DNA from: Candidatus Uhrbacteria bacterium
GTDB taxonomy: Bacteria > Patescibacteriota > Patescibacteriia > UBA9934 > GWF2-40-263
Reading direction: 5' to 3'
Length of the DNA: 64,000 bases
Assembly (NCBI GenBank): GCA_016188495.1
Contig: JACPHU010000010.1
Location: 349 to 64,348 of the forward strand
Below are positions 10,101 through 18,784 of this stretch, piece after piece. Positions within the stretch are counted from its first letter, which is position 1. Each line of letters starts with the position of its first letter. The notes beneath the pieces are model-generated. The model did not search any database, was not told the origin of the DNA, and saw only the letters and a program-made list of their open reading frames with translations. Both the position numbers and the translations under genes were made by a program.

Positions 10101-10472
10101 ATGACACTTGAGCAGACGCTCATGGCTAAAATCCAGGAATCATTTGAATACTGGAATCGGTCTGGAAGAAAAGGATTCTTCTCTACTTTTTTGGAAAAAC
10201 AAGAACCAGGAATTCTGGAATTGCTAGAAGAACTTCCGAGAATCCTGACAAAGCTGGATCGAAAAATACTCAAAGAGCTGAAAGCAAAACCTGCTCAGCG
10301 GCCTCTGTGCGATGCCATCCTAGCCCTCTACATGCCTCAAATGACTCTGCTCTATCAGCAAAAAAAGGCCAAAAAGACTTTCGAAGAATTTCTCGATCAT
10401 CTCAGACGAGAATGCCCCACAGCCGAAGCCCTGGAAAACTATCTGAAAAAATTATCTCCTCAACAGCTATAA
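10101..10472 (+). CDS. hypothetical protein (123 aa) in island
   Basis: ORF 16 nt after previous gene with GGAGGA RBS; no recognized motif. Confidence 0.5.
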   Translation: MTLEQTLMAKIQESFEYWNRSGRKGFFSTFLEKQEPGILELLEELPRILTKLDRKILKELKAKPAQRPLCDAILALYMPQMTLLYQQKKAKKTFEEFLDHLRRECPTAEALENYLKKLSPQQL

Positions 10473-10590
10473 ATGGCTGTTTTTAAATAAAAATTAAACA
10501 AAAATGATTGACATAACAAGGCTGGTTTGTTAGGTTCTAGGGTCAGATTGTTCCTTTCAATCCGAAAACTTCTTTTAAGAAGGAGAAAAA

Positions 10591-11652
10591 ATGTCTCTCA
10601 AAATGATTGAAATTCCTGGTATTTCGGTCATGAAACAAGGTGAACAGTATCTTCTCGTCTTCGTCGTACCGGCTCAGGTACTAGTCGAAATTGGGATCAC
10701 CCTGCGTTTTAATGAGCATCCCCTGGGAGTCAATAGGGGACTTACCGTTCATCGAGCAAAAGATATTCTTGCCCACATGAAGGCAGGAAAATCCAATAAC
10801 CTGATGCGTGATCCCATCCAAGGATGTCTCTATGTAGGAGACGGGCATGAATGGATCTTTGACGAAAAAAACCGTGTCCTCAGAGGCGAGGTAGAAACGG
10901 ATCCGGACAATCGTTTGGATGCTTGTTTCCTCGTCATCGATGACGGACAGCATCGATTTGCCGCATTGGAAATGTTATCCGGTGAGAATCGCCAACACTG
11001 GAGTTTCACGGTCATCGCCGGAATGAACATGTCTGTTGAAGAACGGACCGAGCTGTTCATGCAGGGTGAAAAAAGACAAAAGGTCTCTCCGCGTTTACTT
11101 TTGCAGATGATGGATGCCAACGACACCTTTGCAAATGAGTCGACGGCAACGGCTTACCGCATGGCAAAGGCTCTCAACGAAGTAAATGGATCACCCCTTA
11201 AAGGAAAGATCTACTTCGAACAGGGTCCTCGAGTTCCCAGCGGTATGGTCAGCGTGTCTTCCTTGCTTGGCCAACTTAAATACTGCGTGGGGAAAAATTC
11301 GCGCCTTATTCCCTATACCAGCGAGCAGCAGCGACAAGCTCTCCTGAATCTGTTCATCGCTGCATCGCGTCAGTGGCCCCAGGCTTGGGGACAAGAAGAT
11401 AAGACGTTGGGGAAACATATAGGTTACCTGACGCTTATCACTCTCCTTGCCCGCAGCGGCAATCTGCATAGTCTCTTGAAGGAAGACCTATCCCTAGACT
11501 CTTTCAAGAAAGCTATGGAATTTGCAAAAGGATTTCGATGGGAACAGGCCGGCGTCAAGGACGGATCAATCAATCATAACCGTCTGGCCGTCTTGTTGGA
11601 TGATCATATCGGACAGGCAATCGCCGCCTCGCAAGCTGATCTGAAAAAGTGA
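10591..11652 (+). CDS. DGQHR-domain protein (DndB-like, ParB-nuclease superfamily)
   Basis: Signature 'LVIDDGQHRFAALEML' (DGQHR motif) preceded by 'GEQYLLVFVVPAQVL', as in DndB/DpdB-type DGQHR proteins. Confidence 0.7.
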   Translation: MSLKMIEIPGISVMKQGEQYLLVFVVPAQVLVEIGITLRFNEHPLGVNRGLTVHRAKDILAHMKAGKSNNLMRDPIQGCLYVGDGHEWIFDEKNRVLRGEVETDPDNRLDACFLVIDDGQHRFAALEMLSGENRQHWSFTVIAGMNMSVEERTELFMQGEKRQKVSPRLLLQMMDANDTFANESTATAYRMAKALNEVNGSPLKGKIYFEQGPRVPSGMVSVSSLLGQLKYCVGKNSRLIPYTSEQQRQALLNLFIAASRQWPQAWGQEDKTLGKHIGYLTLITLLARSGNLHSLLKEDLSLDSFKKAMEFAKGFRWEQAGVKDGSINHNRLAVLLDDHIGQAIAASQADLKK

Positions 11653-11660
11653 TCGTGTAA

Positions 11661-11695
11661 CGACCGTACACAAATCTGTGTACGGTTTTTTATTT
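11661..11695 (+). terminator. rho-independent terminator ending island operon
   Basis: ACCGTACACAAATCTGTGTACGGTTTTTTATTT. Confidence 0.65.
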
Positions 11696-11722
11696 ATTCG
11701 CTTAATTTTCTACTGTATTCGT

Positions 11723-11759
11723 TGACAATCCACAGTAAAATCGCTATTCTCCCCCCGTT
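11723..11759 (+). promoter_or_regulatory. candidate sigma70-like promoter for tig (TTGACA - 17 nt - TATTCT)
   Basis: Hexamers read directly; about 45 nt upstream of tig start. Confidence 0.3.
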
Positions 11760-11800
11760 ATCTTTCACCTATTTTTGCAAAAAAATATCATCAATTTGTT

Positions 11801-13090
11801 ATGCCAAACGTTGAAAAAGAATCCTTAGAAAAAAATATCCTCAAGCTCACGTTCACTATTACCCAAGAAGAGGCCCAACCTTATTTTGAGGAGGCTGCGA
11901 AACGGATTTCCCAACAAACTTCCATTCCAGGATTTCGCCCAGGACATGCGGACTATGCGGTTGTGAAACAACGTGTGGGAGAAATGAAAATCATGGAAGA
12001 GGCTTTAGAAAGCCTGGTCCGCAAATCGTTTGTTGAGACCATTCTTGCTGAGAATATCGATACCGTCGGTTCTCCTAAAGTGGACGTGATTAAACTTGCC
12101 CCAGGCAACGATGTTGTCTTCACCGCAGAAGTTACTCTCATGCCTAAAGTTAAAAGTCTTGCCGACGTAAAAAAACTCAGCGTAAAAGCTCAAACAGCCC
12201 ATGTTGAAGACAAAGAAATCGATTTGGCTTTGAGAGATCTTCAGCGTATGAGAACCACCGAAGTCCGTGCCACAGCAGAAAAAACGACAACCCAAAAAGA
12301 TAAAGTGGTCATTGCGATGAACATGAAGCTTGATAATGTTCCTTTGGAAGGAGGACAATCACCCAACCACAGCGTTTATTTGAATGAAGAATATTACATT
12401 CCAGGATTTAAAGAAAAATTGGAAGGAATGAAAGAAGGCGAAGAAAAATCCTTTACAATCCCCTTTCCAAAAGAACATGCACAAGAATTTTTGGCAGGAA
12501 AAGAGGTCGCGTTTGATGTCACTCTCAAAGAACTTTACCACCTTCAACCCCCTGAATTGGACGACACCTTTGCCGTAACGCTGGGTACAAAAGACATGGC
12601 AACCCTGCGCGAAATCATTCAAAAAAATCTTTTGACAGAAAAAGAACAGGAAACCAAGTCAAAAGAAGAAAAAGAAATGCTCGAGCTCTTGGCAAACAAA
12701 TCTCAATTTGAGGATATTCCCAATCTTCTGATAAATGAAGAAATCAACAAGATGATTCTCGAACTCCAGCGAGGTGTGGAGGCCCAAGGACTTGAATTTG
12801 ATACATATATCAAAAATCTTGGAAAAACGTTGGCACAAATGAAACTCGATTTTACGCCCCAAGCTTTGATGCGTGTAAAAGTAGCTATTGTCATGCGTGA
12901 AATCGCTAAACAAGAAAAAATCGAAGTTGATGAAAAAGAACTCGACGAGGAATTAGACCGCATTGCCGGCCAATACGAAGAAACCAAAACCAAAGAGCAG
13001 GTCTATTCTCCACAATATCGAGACTACATGGAACAGATCCTCCGAAACCGAAAAGTAATAGAACACTTAAGAGGAATCATTATCAAATAA
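11801..13090 (+). CDS. tig: trigger factor
   Basis: N-terminal ribosome-binding region with 'GFRPGH' motif (cf. GFRKGK), length 429 aa, FKBP-like middle and C-terminal chaperone arm-like composition. Confidence 0.85.
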   Translation: MPNVEKESLEKNILKLTFTITQEEAQPYFEEAAKRISQQTSIPGFRPGHADYAVVKQRVGEMKIMEEALESLVRKSFVETILAENIDTVGSPKVDVIKLAPGNDVVFTAEVTLMPKVKSLADVKKLSVKAQTAHVEDKEIDLALRDLQRMRTTEVRATAEKTTTQKDKVVIAMNMKLDNVPLEGGQSPNHSVYLNEEYYIPGFKEKLEGMKEGEEKSFTIPFPKEHAQEFLAGKEVAFDVTLKELYHLQPPELDDTFAVTLGTKDMATLREIIQKNLLTEKEQETKSKEEKEMLELLANKSQFEDIPNLLINEEINKMILELQRGVEAQGLEFDTYIKNLGKTLAQMKLDFTPQALMRVKVAIVMREIAKQEKIEVDEKELDEELDRIAGQYEETKTKEQVYSPQYRDYMEQILRNRKVIEHLRGIIIK

Positions 13091-13096
13091 TATCAA

Positions 13097-13122
13097 TAAA
13101 ACAGGCCTTCGGCCTGTTTTAT
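13097..13122 (+). terminator. rho-independent terminator after tig
   Basis: AAAACAGGCCTTCGGCCTGTTTTATT. Confidence 0.7.
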
Positions 13123-13198
13123 TATAAATTTCTATTCTAGCCAAAATTAAAAACAAACATTAAAGTACACTCATTATCAATCTCAATGAAATGTTTTT

Positions 13199-14050
13199 AT
13201 GCTCTTTGGCGCTCATGTAAGTTCTGCGGGAGGATTATGGAACGCTCCAAAAAATGCCGCGGAAATCGGATGTGAGGTGTTGCAGCTGTTTTCCCGTCCT
13301 CCCCAGGGAGGAAAACCAAAACCTATTACAAAAAAAGTCGCTGAACAATTTAAAGAAAAAATGAAGAAATACTCTATCCAACAAGCTTATATTCATGCGC
13401 CTTATTTTATTAATCTAGCTTCAAGTAATGAACGTATCCGTCATAGTTCTGTGGTTATTCTGCGCGAAGAACTTGAACGTGGCTCTCTTTTAGGATGCAA
13501 AGCCATGATGTTCCATCCAGGATCTGCCAAAGATGTGGGTCAAGAAGAAGGGGAATCTCTTGTGATAGAAGGCCTTAATACGATCTTGGATGGTTACGAG
13601 GGCTCTTGCCAACTCTTAATCGAGATTTCAGCGGGTGCAGGTATGGTAATGGGGGATACATTTGAGGAACTTGCACGATTTATCCACCAAACCAAACAGG
13701 CCGAAAAAATCGGAATTTGCTTTGATACCCAGCATGCCTTTGCCAGCGGTTACGATATCCGTACACAAGAGGGACTGGATCGCGTATTAGCACAATTTGA
13801 TGAAAAAATAGGGTTAAAACGTCTTATTGCAAGTCACTGCAACGACTCGAAAGTAGATCTTGGAACCCACAAAGACCGTCACGAACATCTAGGAGAAGGC
13901 TTTATGGGACTAGAAACTTTTAAACAGTTTATCCACCATCCAAAAATTCAGCATTTAGATCTCATTTTGGAAACTCCTATAGACGAGCAGCGCAAAAAAG
14001 AAATGGAACTCTTGAAATCATTCCGTTTAGAAATTCAAAAATACGTATGA
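13199..14050 (+). CDS. nfo: endonuclease IV (AP endonuclease, TIM-barrel)
   Basis: N-terminus 'MLFGAHVSSAGGL...' matches Nfo 'IGAHVSAAGGL'; His/Glu metal ligands distributed as in Nfo. Confidence 0.85.
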   Translation: MLFGAHVSSAGGLWNAPKNAAEIGCEVLQLFSRPPQGGKPKPITKKVAEQFKEKMKKYSIQQAYIHAPYFINLASSNERIRHSSVVILREELERGSLLGCKAMMFHPGSAKDVGQEEGESLVIEGLNTILDGYEGSCQLLIEISAGAGMVMGDTFEELARFIHQTKQAEKIGICFDTQHAFASGYDIRTQEGLDRVLAQFDEKIGLKRLIASHCNDSKVDLGTHKDRHEHLGEGFMGLETFKQFIHHPKIQHLDLILETPIDEQRKKEMELLKSFRLEIQKYV

Positions 14051-14277
14051 TTTTAACGGTTTACGTAAAACCAAACGCCCATAAAGAACTTTTAGAGTGG
14101 GTTGATGAAGATACTTTAAAAATATCAGTCACTGTGCCCCCAGAAAAAGGGAAAGCAAATAAAGCGGTGATAGAGTGTCTTGCACAGGAATTACACATCG
14201 CTAAATCAACGATCGAACTCATCCGGGGAGGCACGACGAGGATAAAACAATTTAAAATACCGACTAAGGAAACTTAG
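14047..14277 (+). CDS. DUF167 (YggU-like) family protein
   Basis: 76 aa; 'VKPNA...KISVTVPPEKGKANKAVIECLAQELHIAKSTIELIRGGTTRIK' follows the YggU/DUF167 pattern. Confidence 0.6.
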   Translation: MILTVYVKPNAHKELLEWVDEDTLKISVTVPPEKGKANKAVIECLAQELHIAKSTIELIRGGTTRIKQFKIPTKET

Positions 14278-14524
14278 TCGGTATTTTCTTGAGCGGAGGT
14301 TCATCTATTCCACCGATCGAAAAAGGATTACATCGGACAATCCGCTGGAAAGTCAGAAAACTTCCTTTAAAGACCCCGTGACTTTTAATGCAAAGATATC
14401 CGTATTCAGAACAGGATGGATAAAAACGACAATAACCATCGGGGAAAAAACGACTCAACGGACCATGATCCAGAGAAAATATCCTTTGATAAAGACGAAT
14501 CATGATCAATAAAAACGTTCTCAT
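14264..14524 (-). CDS. yidD: membrane protein insertion efficiency factor YidD
   Basis: 'RFYPSCSEYGYLCIKSHGVFKGSFLTFQRIVRCNPFSIGGID' = YidD Cys motif. Confidence 0.85.
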   Translation of the reverse strand: MRTFLLIMIRLYQRIFSLDHGPLSRFFPDGYCRFYPSCSEYGYLCIKSHGVFKGSFLTFQRIVRCNPFSIGGIDEPPLKKIPTKFP

Positions 14525-14865
14525 ACAGAAAGAACTCGGGCTTTTTTTAAACTGTACACCACCTGTTTTGAAATTTCTTCAAAATCCTTTCCAATGGCTT
14601 CTTTTTTTAAAAAAAAGAGAACATCGTATCCTGGCTTCATGTGTGGAAGATAGGCTTGGATAACCGCGCGCACTTGTCGCTTTAGGCGATTGCGCACAAC
14701 GGCTTTCTTTGACACTTTTGTTCCAACCACCACAGCAAAACGAGAAACGGAAAGCTTATTTGGTTGAAATTTCATTCCTAGCCAGATACCAAAGACGCTC
14801 TTGCCACGGGCAAAGAGCGCTTTGATATCTTTTTCGTGTCTGAGTCGATACTCAGAAGAAAGCAT
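14521..14865 (-). CDS. rnpA: ribonuclease P protein component
   Basis: 'RLRHEKDIKALFARGK...' and basic 'VVRNRLKRQVRAV' RnpA motif; positioned between rpmH and yidD. Confidence 0.85.
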   Translation of the reverse strand: MLSSEYRLRHEKDIKALFARGKSVFGIWLGMKFQPNKLSVSRFAVVVGTKVSKKAVVRNRLKRQVRAVIQAYLPHMKPGYDVLFFLKKEAIGKDFEEISKQVVYSLKKARVLSV

Positions 14866-14868
14866 AGA

Positions 14869-15012
14869 TTAAGAAGAAACGGTAAGGCGTTTTCGGCCCT
14901 TTGCACGACGACGTTTGAGAACGTCCTGACCTGTAGAACTCTTCATACGAGCTCTGAATCCATGAACTTTGACTCGTTGTTTCTTTTTTGGTTGAAACGT
15001 ACGCTTTGACAT
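14869..15012 (-). CDS. rpmH: 50S ribosomal protein L34 (not in ORF track, 47 aa)
   Basis: Reverse translation [47 protein letters not shown], canonical L34; 3 nt upstream of rnpA. Confidence 0.9.
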   Translation of the reverse strand: MSKRTFQPKKKQRVKVHGFRARMKSSTGQDVLKRRRAKGRKRLTVSS

Positions 15013-15083
15013 AAAAACAAGACAATTACGATCTAAACCATTAGGACAATAAACATTTCTTAAAGCAAAAAGATGCTAACACA

Positions 15084-15143
15084 CTATCCACAATCGATCA
15101 ACTAAATCTCGTATGACCTGACCGCTTGCCCACATGTGGATAA
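15084..15143. promoter_or_regulatory. DnaA boxes upstream of dnaA (CTATCCACA at 15084-15092; perfect TGTGGATAA at 15135-15143)
   Basis: Direct match to TTATCCACA consensus (8/9 and 9/9 reverse). Confidence 0.6.
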
Positions 15144-15208
15144 TTAGTCTAAACTACAGACCACGTGTAACTTTTGAGAAGGAAACTATCTCATTCATAC
15201 TCGATGCT

Positions 15209-16615
15209 ATGAATACTAATGAACTTTGGCAAGCCGTTCTCGGAGAACTCGAACTTTCTTTAAGTAAGGCAAACTTTACCACGTGGTTCAAAAACACTTT
15301 CATTTCTGATGTAGAAGAACACGCCATTACCATTGGAGTTCCAAACATGTTCACCAAGGCTTGGTTAGAAAAAAAATATACGAAGGAAATTCTTCGCTCT
15401 CTCCAAGAACTGACAAAAAATTCTATTAAACAATTGTCTTATCGAGTGGAATCACGCCCCATCAATCCACAAGGGCTACCGCTCTTTGAAAAGGAACAAC
15501 GCCAAGAACCATCAGTGGCTCCTTCGCATCAACAATCTTCTTACTACCAACCTCAACAGGCAACCGAGGTAAAAGAGATACGTACAGGTGAATTTTCTTT
15601 AAATGGAAAGTATTGCTTTGAAACATTCATCGTAGGAAAACAAAATGAACTCGCCCACGCCGCAGCACAGGCTGTTTGTGCCCAACCAGGAGGTATCTAC
15701 AATCCTTTATTTATCTACGGTGGTGTAGGACTGGGAAAAACACATATTCTTCAAGCAATCGGGAACGAACTCATCCGAAAAAACGCGAGTACAAAAATTC
15801 TCTACGTAACATGCGAGCGATTTACCAATGATTTTATTGGAGCATTGCGTTCAAATAGAATTGTAGAATTTAAAAATAGATACAGAACGGTCGATGTCTT
15901 GCTTGTAGACGATATCCAGTTCATTACAGGAAAAGAAGGAACTCAGGAGGAATTTTTTCACACATTCAATCAGCTTTACCAAAATAATAAGCAAATCGTT
16001 ATTTCCTCCGACCGTCCTCCAAAAGCGATCCCAGCTCTTGAAGACCGTCTTGTTTCACGCTTTGAATGCGGTATGTTGGCCGACGTCGGTTCACCAGATT
16101 TTGAAACGCGCTGCGCCATCTTAGACACAAAATGTCTGGAAAAGCAGTATTCTCTAGAACGAGAAATTTTGCATCATATCGCCACCGTCGTTCAAACAAA
16201 CGTCCGCGAACTTGAAGGTGCTCTGAATAAAGTCATTGCCTTCCATCAGTTTAAAAATACGCGCCCAACACTTGAATCAGTAAAGCCTATTCTTTCAAGT
16301 TTTCAACCAACATCTACTAGAAAAAACGTGACGCCAAAACAACTGATCGTCACGGTTGCCAACTACTTCGATATCCATATGGAGGATTTGCTTGGAAAAA
16401 GCCGCCAAAAACGATTGGCCTTTCCACGCCAAATTGTGATGTACATCATGCGAGAAGAAATGAAAGCAAGTTATCCCTCTATTGGATTAGAACTTGGTGG
16501 AAGAGATCACACAACAGCCATGCATGCCTACGACAAGATCACAACCTGTCTTTTGGAAGATGAAAAACTTCAACACGACATCGAACTGATCAAACAAAAG
16601 TTATACGCACTGTAA
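15209..16615 (+). CDS. dnaA: chromosomal replication initiator DnaA (start moved to internal ATG MNTNELWQAVLGELE...)
   Basis: N-terminus 'MNTNELWQAVLGELELSLSKANFTTWF', AAA+ Walker A 'GGVGLGKTHIL', Walker B 'LLVDDIQF', C-terminal DNA-binding 'HTTAMHAYDKI'; ORF-track start 15134 overlaps a DnaA box. Confidence 0.9.
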   Translation: MNTNELWQAVLGELELSLSKANFTTWFKNTFISDVEEHAITIGVPNMFTKAWLEKKYTKEILRSLQELTKNSIKQLSYRVESRPINPQGLPLFEKEQRQEPSVAPSHQQSSYYQPQQATEVKEIRTGEFSLNGKYCFETFIVGKQNELAHAAAQAVCAQPGGIYNPLFIYGGVGLGKTHILQAIGNELIRKNASTKILYVTCERFTNDFIGALRSNRIVEFKNRYRTVDVLLVDDIQFITGKEGTQEEFFHTFNQLYQNNKQIVISSDRPPKAIPALEDRLVSRFECGMLADVGSPDFETRCAILDTKCLEKQYSLEREILHHIATVVQTNVRELEGALNKVIAFHQFKNTRPTLESVKPILSSFQPTSTRKNVTPKQLIVTVANYFDIHMEDLLGKSRQKRLAFPRQIVMYIMREEMKASYPSIGLELGGRDHTTAMHAYDKITTCLLEDEKLQHDIELIKQKLYAL

Positions 16616-16902
16616 ATCCACAGAGTCTTCCACAGATTATCCTAATAATATTTAAGAGGATAAACCTCGGTATAACGTTGTTCATAAGAGGGTGAACGAT
16701 CTGAATAAGTTTAGGAGAACATTCTGAAGTCATATCTATCCGCTTTCTATTCACGCTGTTCCCCTCTAATAGTACACAAATCCACACCCTTTTTTAAAAC
16801 TGATTTTAGCTAAAAAAAGGACTTATCCCTGCTGTCCACACCCCTTATTACTACTTCTTTATTTATTATCTATTAATTTATTAATAAAGAACTCAGGTTG
16901 AT
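16613..16902. other. candidate oriC between dnaA and dnaN (weak DnaA-box-like nonamers plus AT-rich DUE)
   Basis: AAATCCACA at 16613 and about 16775; AT-rich 'TTATTACTACTTCTTTATTTATTATCTATTAATTTATTAATAAAG' at about 16846-16890. Confidence 0.45.
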
Positions 16903-18039
16903 ATGAAGCTTTCCTGCACAAGAGATAACCTCCATCAAGGATTAAGCATTACAAGTCATCTCATGACAAAGAATGTAAATCTTCCTATCCTTCAAAATGT
17001 TCTTGTAAAAGCAGAAGGGGGATCTATTCGATTCATTGCAACAAATCTTGAAATGGCGGTTAACTGCTTTGTAAGAGGAAAAGTAGAAGAACCTGGAGAG
17101 TATACGATTCCATCCAAACTTTTTTTTGATTACGTGTCATTACTTCCAAATGAAACGATCCGTATTCAAGCTGATGATCAAACCGTTCATATTGAATGCG
17201 GAACACATAAAACAAAAATTAATGGATTAAGTTCCTCCGAGTTTCCGCTTGTTCCTCGTGTAGAAGGAGGGACCTCTTTCCAGATACCTGTTGAAAGCTT
17301 CAAAAAGGCTCTCTCGCAAGTTTTATTCGCTGTTGCGACCAACGAGTCTCGTCCCGAGCTTACAGGGGTTTCATTCCAATTTTTTACTCTTGAGGGAGAA
17401 GGACGTTTAACCCTTGCTTCCACCGACTCTTATCGATTAGCAGAAGCAACGATTCCAGTTATTTCTGAAGTAGGAGAAATTCTTTCGTTAGTGGTTCCCT
17501 CTAAAACCCTTGCGGAAGTGAATCGTATTTTATCGGTGTTCAAAGATGATGTGGAATTACCTTCCGCGGTCACACTTACTCTTTCCCATTCTCAGGTTGT
17601 TTTCACGTATGGGTCTGTAGAATTAATCTCTCGTACGATTGATGAGCAATATCCAGACTATAAGCAAATTATCCCTACTCAATTTCAAACACGAGCCTTG
17701 ATTGATAGAGACGATTTCATTAAGGCAGTAAAAACAGCCAGTCTCTTTTCTCGCGTAGGAATTTCTGACGTGACATTAGGATTTGATGCTGAACAAAAAC
17801 AGATCTCTGTCAGTGCAACCGATGCCACTCGTGGTCAAAATACAACACAATGCGGAGCTGATATTTCAGGAGTGACTAATCATGTTACGGTGAACTATCG
17901 ATATCTCTTAGATGGTCTACAAGCGATCAATCAGGATCAGGTTCTTTTTGAAATGATCGATCCATCCAACCCTTGTCTTCTGACTCCTGAGGGAAAAACC
18001 GAAAGTTACCGTTATATTGTGATGCCTATCAAACAATAA
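16903..18039 (+). CDS. dnaN: DNA polymerase III beta sliding clamp
   Basis: 378 aa, three-domain clamp; 'MKLSCTRDNLHQGLSITSHLMTKNVNLPILQNVLVKAEGGSIRFIATNLEMAV' typical DnaN N-terminus; follows dnaA. Confidence 0.9.
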   Translation: MKLSCTRDNLHQGLSITSHLMTKNVNLPILQNVLVKAEGGSIRFIATNLEMAVNCFVRGKVEEPGEYTIPSKLFFDYVSLLPNETIRIQADDQTVHIECGTHKTKINGLSSSEFPLVPRVEGGTSFQIPVESFKKALSQVLFAVATNESRPELTGVSFQFFTLEGEGRLTLASTDSYRLAEATIPVISEVGEILSLVVPSKTLAEVNRILSVFKDDVELPSAVTLTLSHSQVVFTYGSVELISRTIDEQYPDYKQIIPTQFQTRALIDRDDFIKAVKTASLFSRVGISDVTLGFDAEQKQISVSATDATRGQNTTQCGADISGVTNHVTVNYRYLLDGLQAINQDQVLFEMIDPSNPCLLTPEGKTESYRYIVMPIKQ

Positions 18040-18046
18040 GGAATTT

Positions 18047-18093
18047 AATATTCCCTGAGCATAGCGACCAGTGGAAGCGAAGTCGAAGGGGTA
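18047..18093 (+). repeat. Family-2 short dispersed repeat, copy b
   Basis: AATATTCCCTGAGCATAGCGACCAGTGGAAGCGAAGTCGAAGGGGTA. Confidence 0.7.
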
Positions 18094-18102
18094 TTATTCA
18101 AA

Positions 18103-18134
18103 CAAAAACCGAGAGATAGACTCTCGGTTTTTGT
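18103..18134 (+). terminator. rho-independent terminator after dnaN
   Basis: AAAAACCGAGAGATAGACTCTCGGTTTTTGTT. Confidence 0.7.
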
Positions 18135-18190
18135 TATCTTATGAACAAGAGTATTGTAAATAAACACTCTTTTGCCTTATTGGATTCCTT

Positions 18191-18736
18191 ATGCCCTTAC
18201 TCCTTCATCAACCAAAAGAAGTTTGTTTGAAGATAGAACATTTTTGGGATGGGTCTTTAAATATGGATGAACGCCTTTGGGCAGACGTTTCGTTGAGTCA
18301 AAATAAACAAGGGATTGTCATCACAGCTCTTTCGCCTATCCTCGCTGATCAAAATATTCCTCAATTTCCTCTCGGAACACGAGTAGATGGTCTTTGGAAT
18401 CATGATGTGGTAGAAGTTTTTTTTGTGGGTCCTGGACATCAATATCTTGAAATTGAGCTAGGAGCCGGAGGTCACTTTCTTGTGCTTGGCTTTGATTCTA
18501 TCCGTCATTGTTCAGATACCTTTGAATCTCTGGATCCACATCTGGTTTTTGATCGGACAGATGGGCAAAAGTGGAAGAGTGAAGTATTGATTCCTTACAA
18601 AATCATTCCTGAAAATATCAGAGCTCTTAATGCGTTCGCTATTTTAAATCATCAATTTTTAGCCTACGCCCCAGTTCCAGGAGATAAACCGGATTTTCAT
18701 CAACCAGACCGTTTCCCTTTTTTTACTCTCCAATAA
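18191..18736 (+). CDS. hypothetical protein (181 aa)
   Basis: ORF only; weak resemblance to carbohydrate-binding (CBM9-like) folds not verifiable. Confidence 0.45.
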   Translation: MPLLLHQPKEVCLKIEHFWDGSLNMDERLWADVSLSQNKQGIVITALSPILADQNIPQFPLGTRVDGLWNHDVVEVFFVGPGHQYLEIELGAGGHFLVLGFDSIRHCSDTFESLDPHLVFDRTDGQKWKSEVLIPYKIIPENIRALNAFAILNHQFLAYAPVPGDKPDFHQPDRFPFFTLQ

Positions 18737-18784
18737 AAAAATCCAGCCTAGAGGGGCTGGATGTTCCGTGTCGTAGAGTGTCTA

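Noticed and set aside
15134-15208. ORF-track start of dnaA at 15134
   Set aside because: The ATG is embedded in a perfect DnaA box (ATGTGGATAA), and the canonical DnaA N-terminus begins at the internal Met (MNTNELW...) at 15209.
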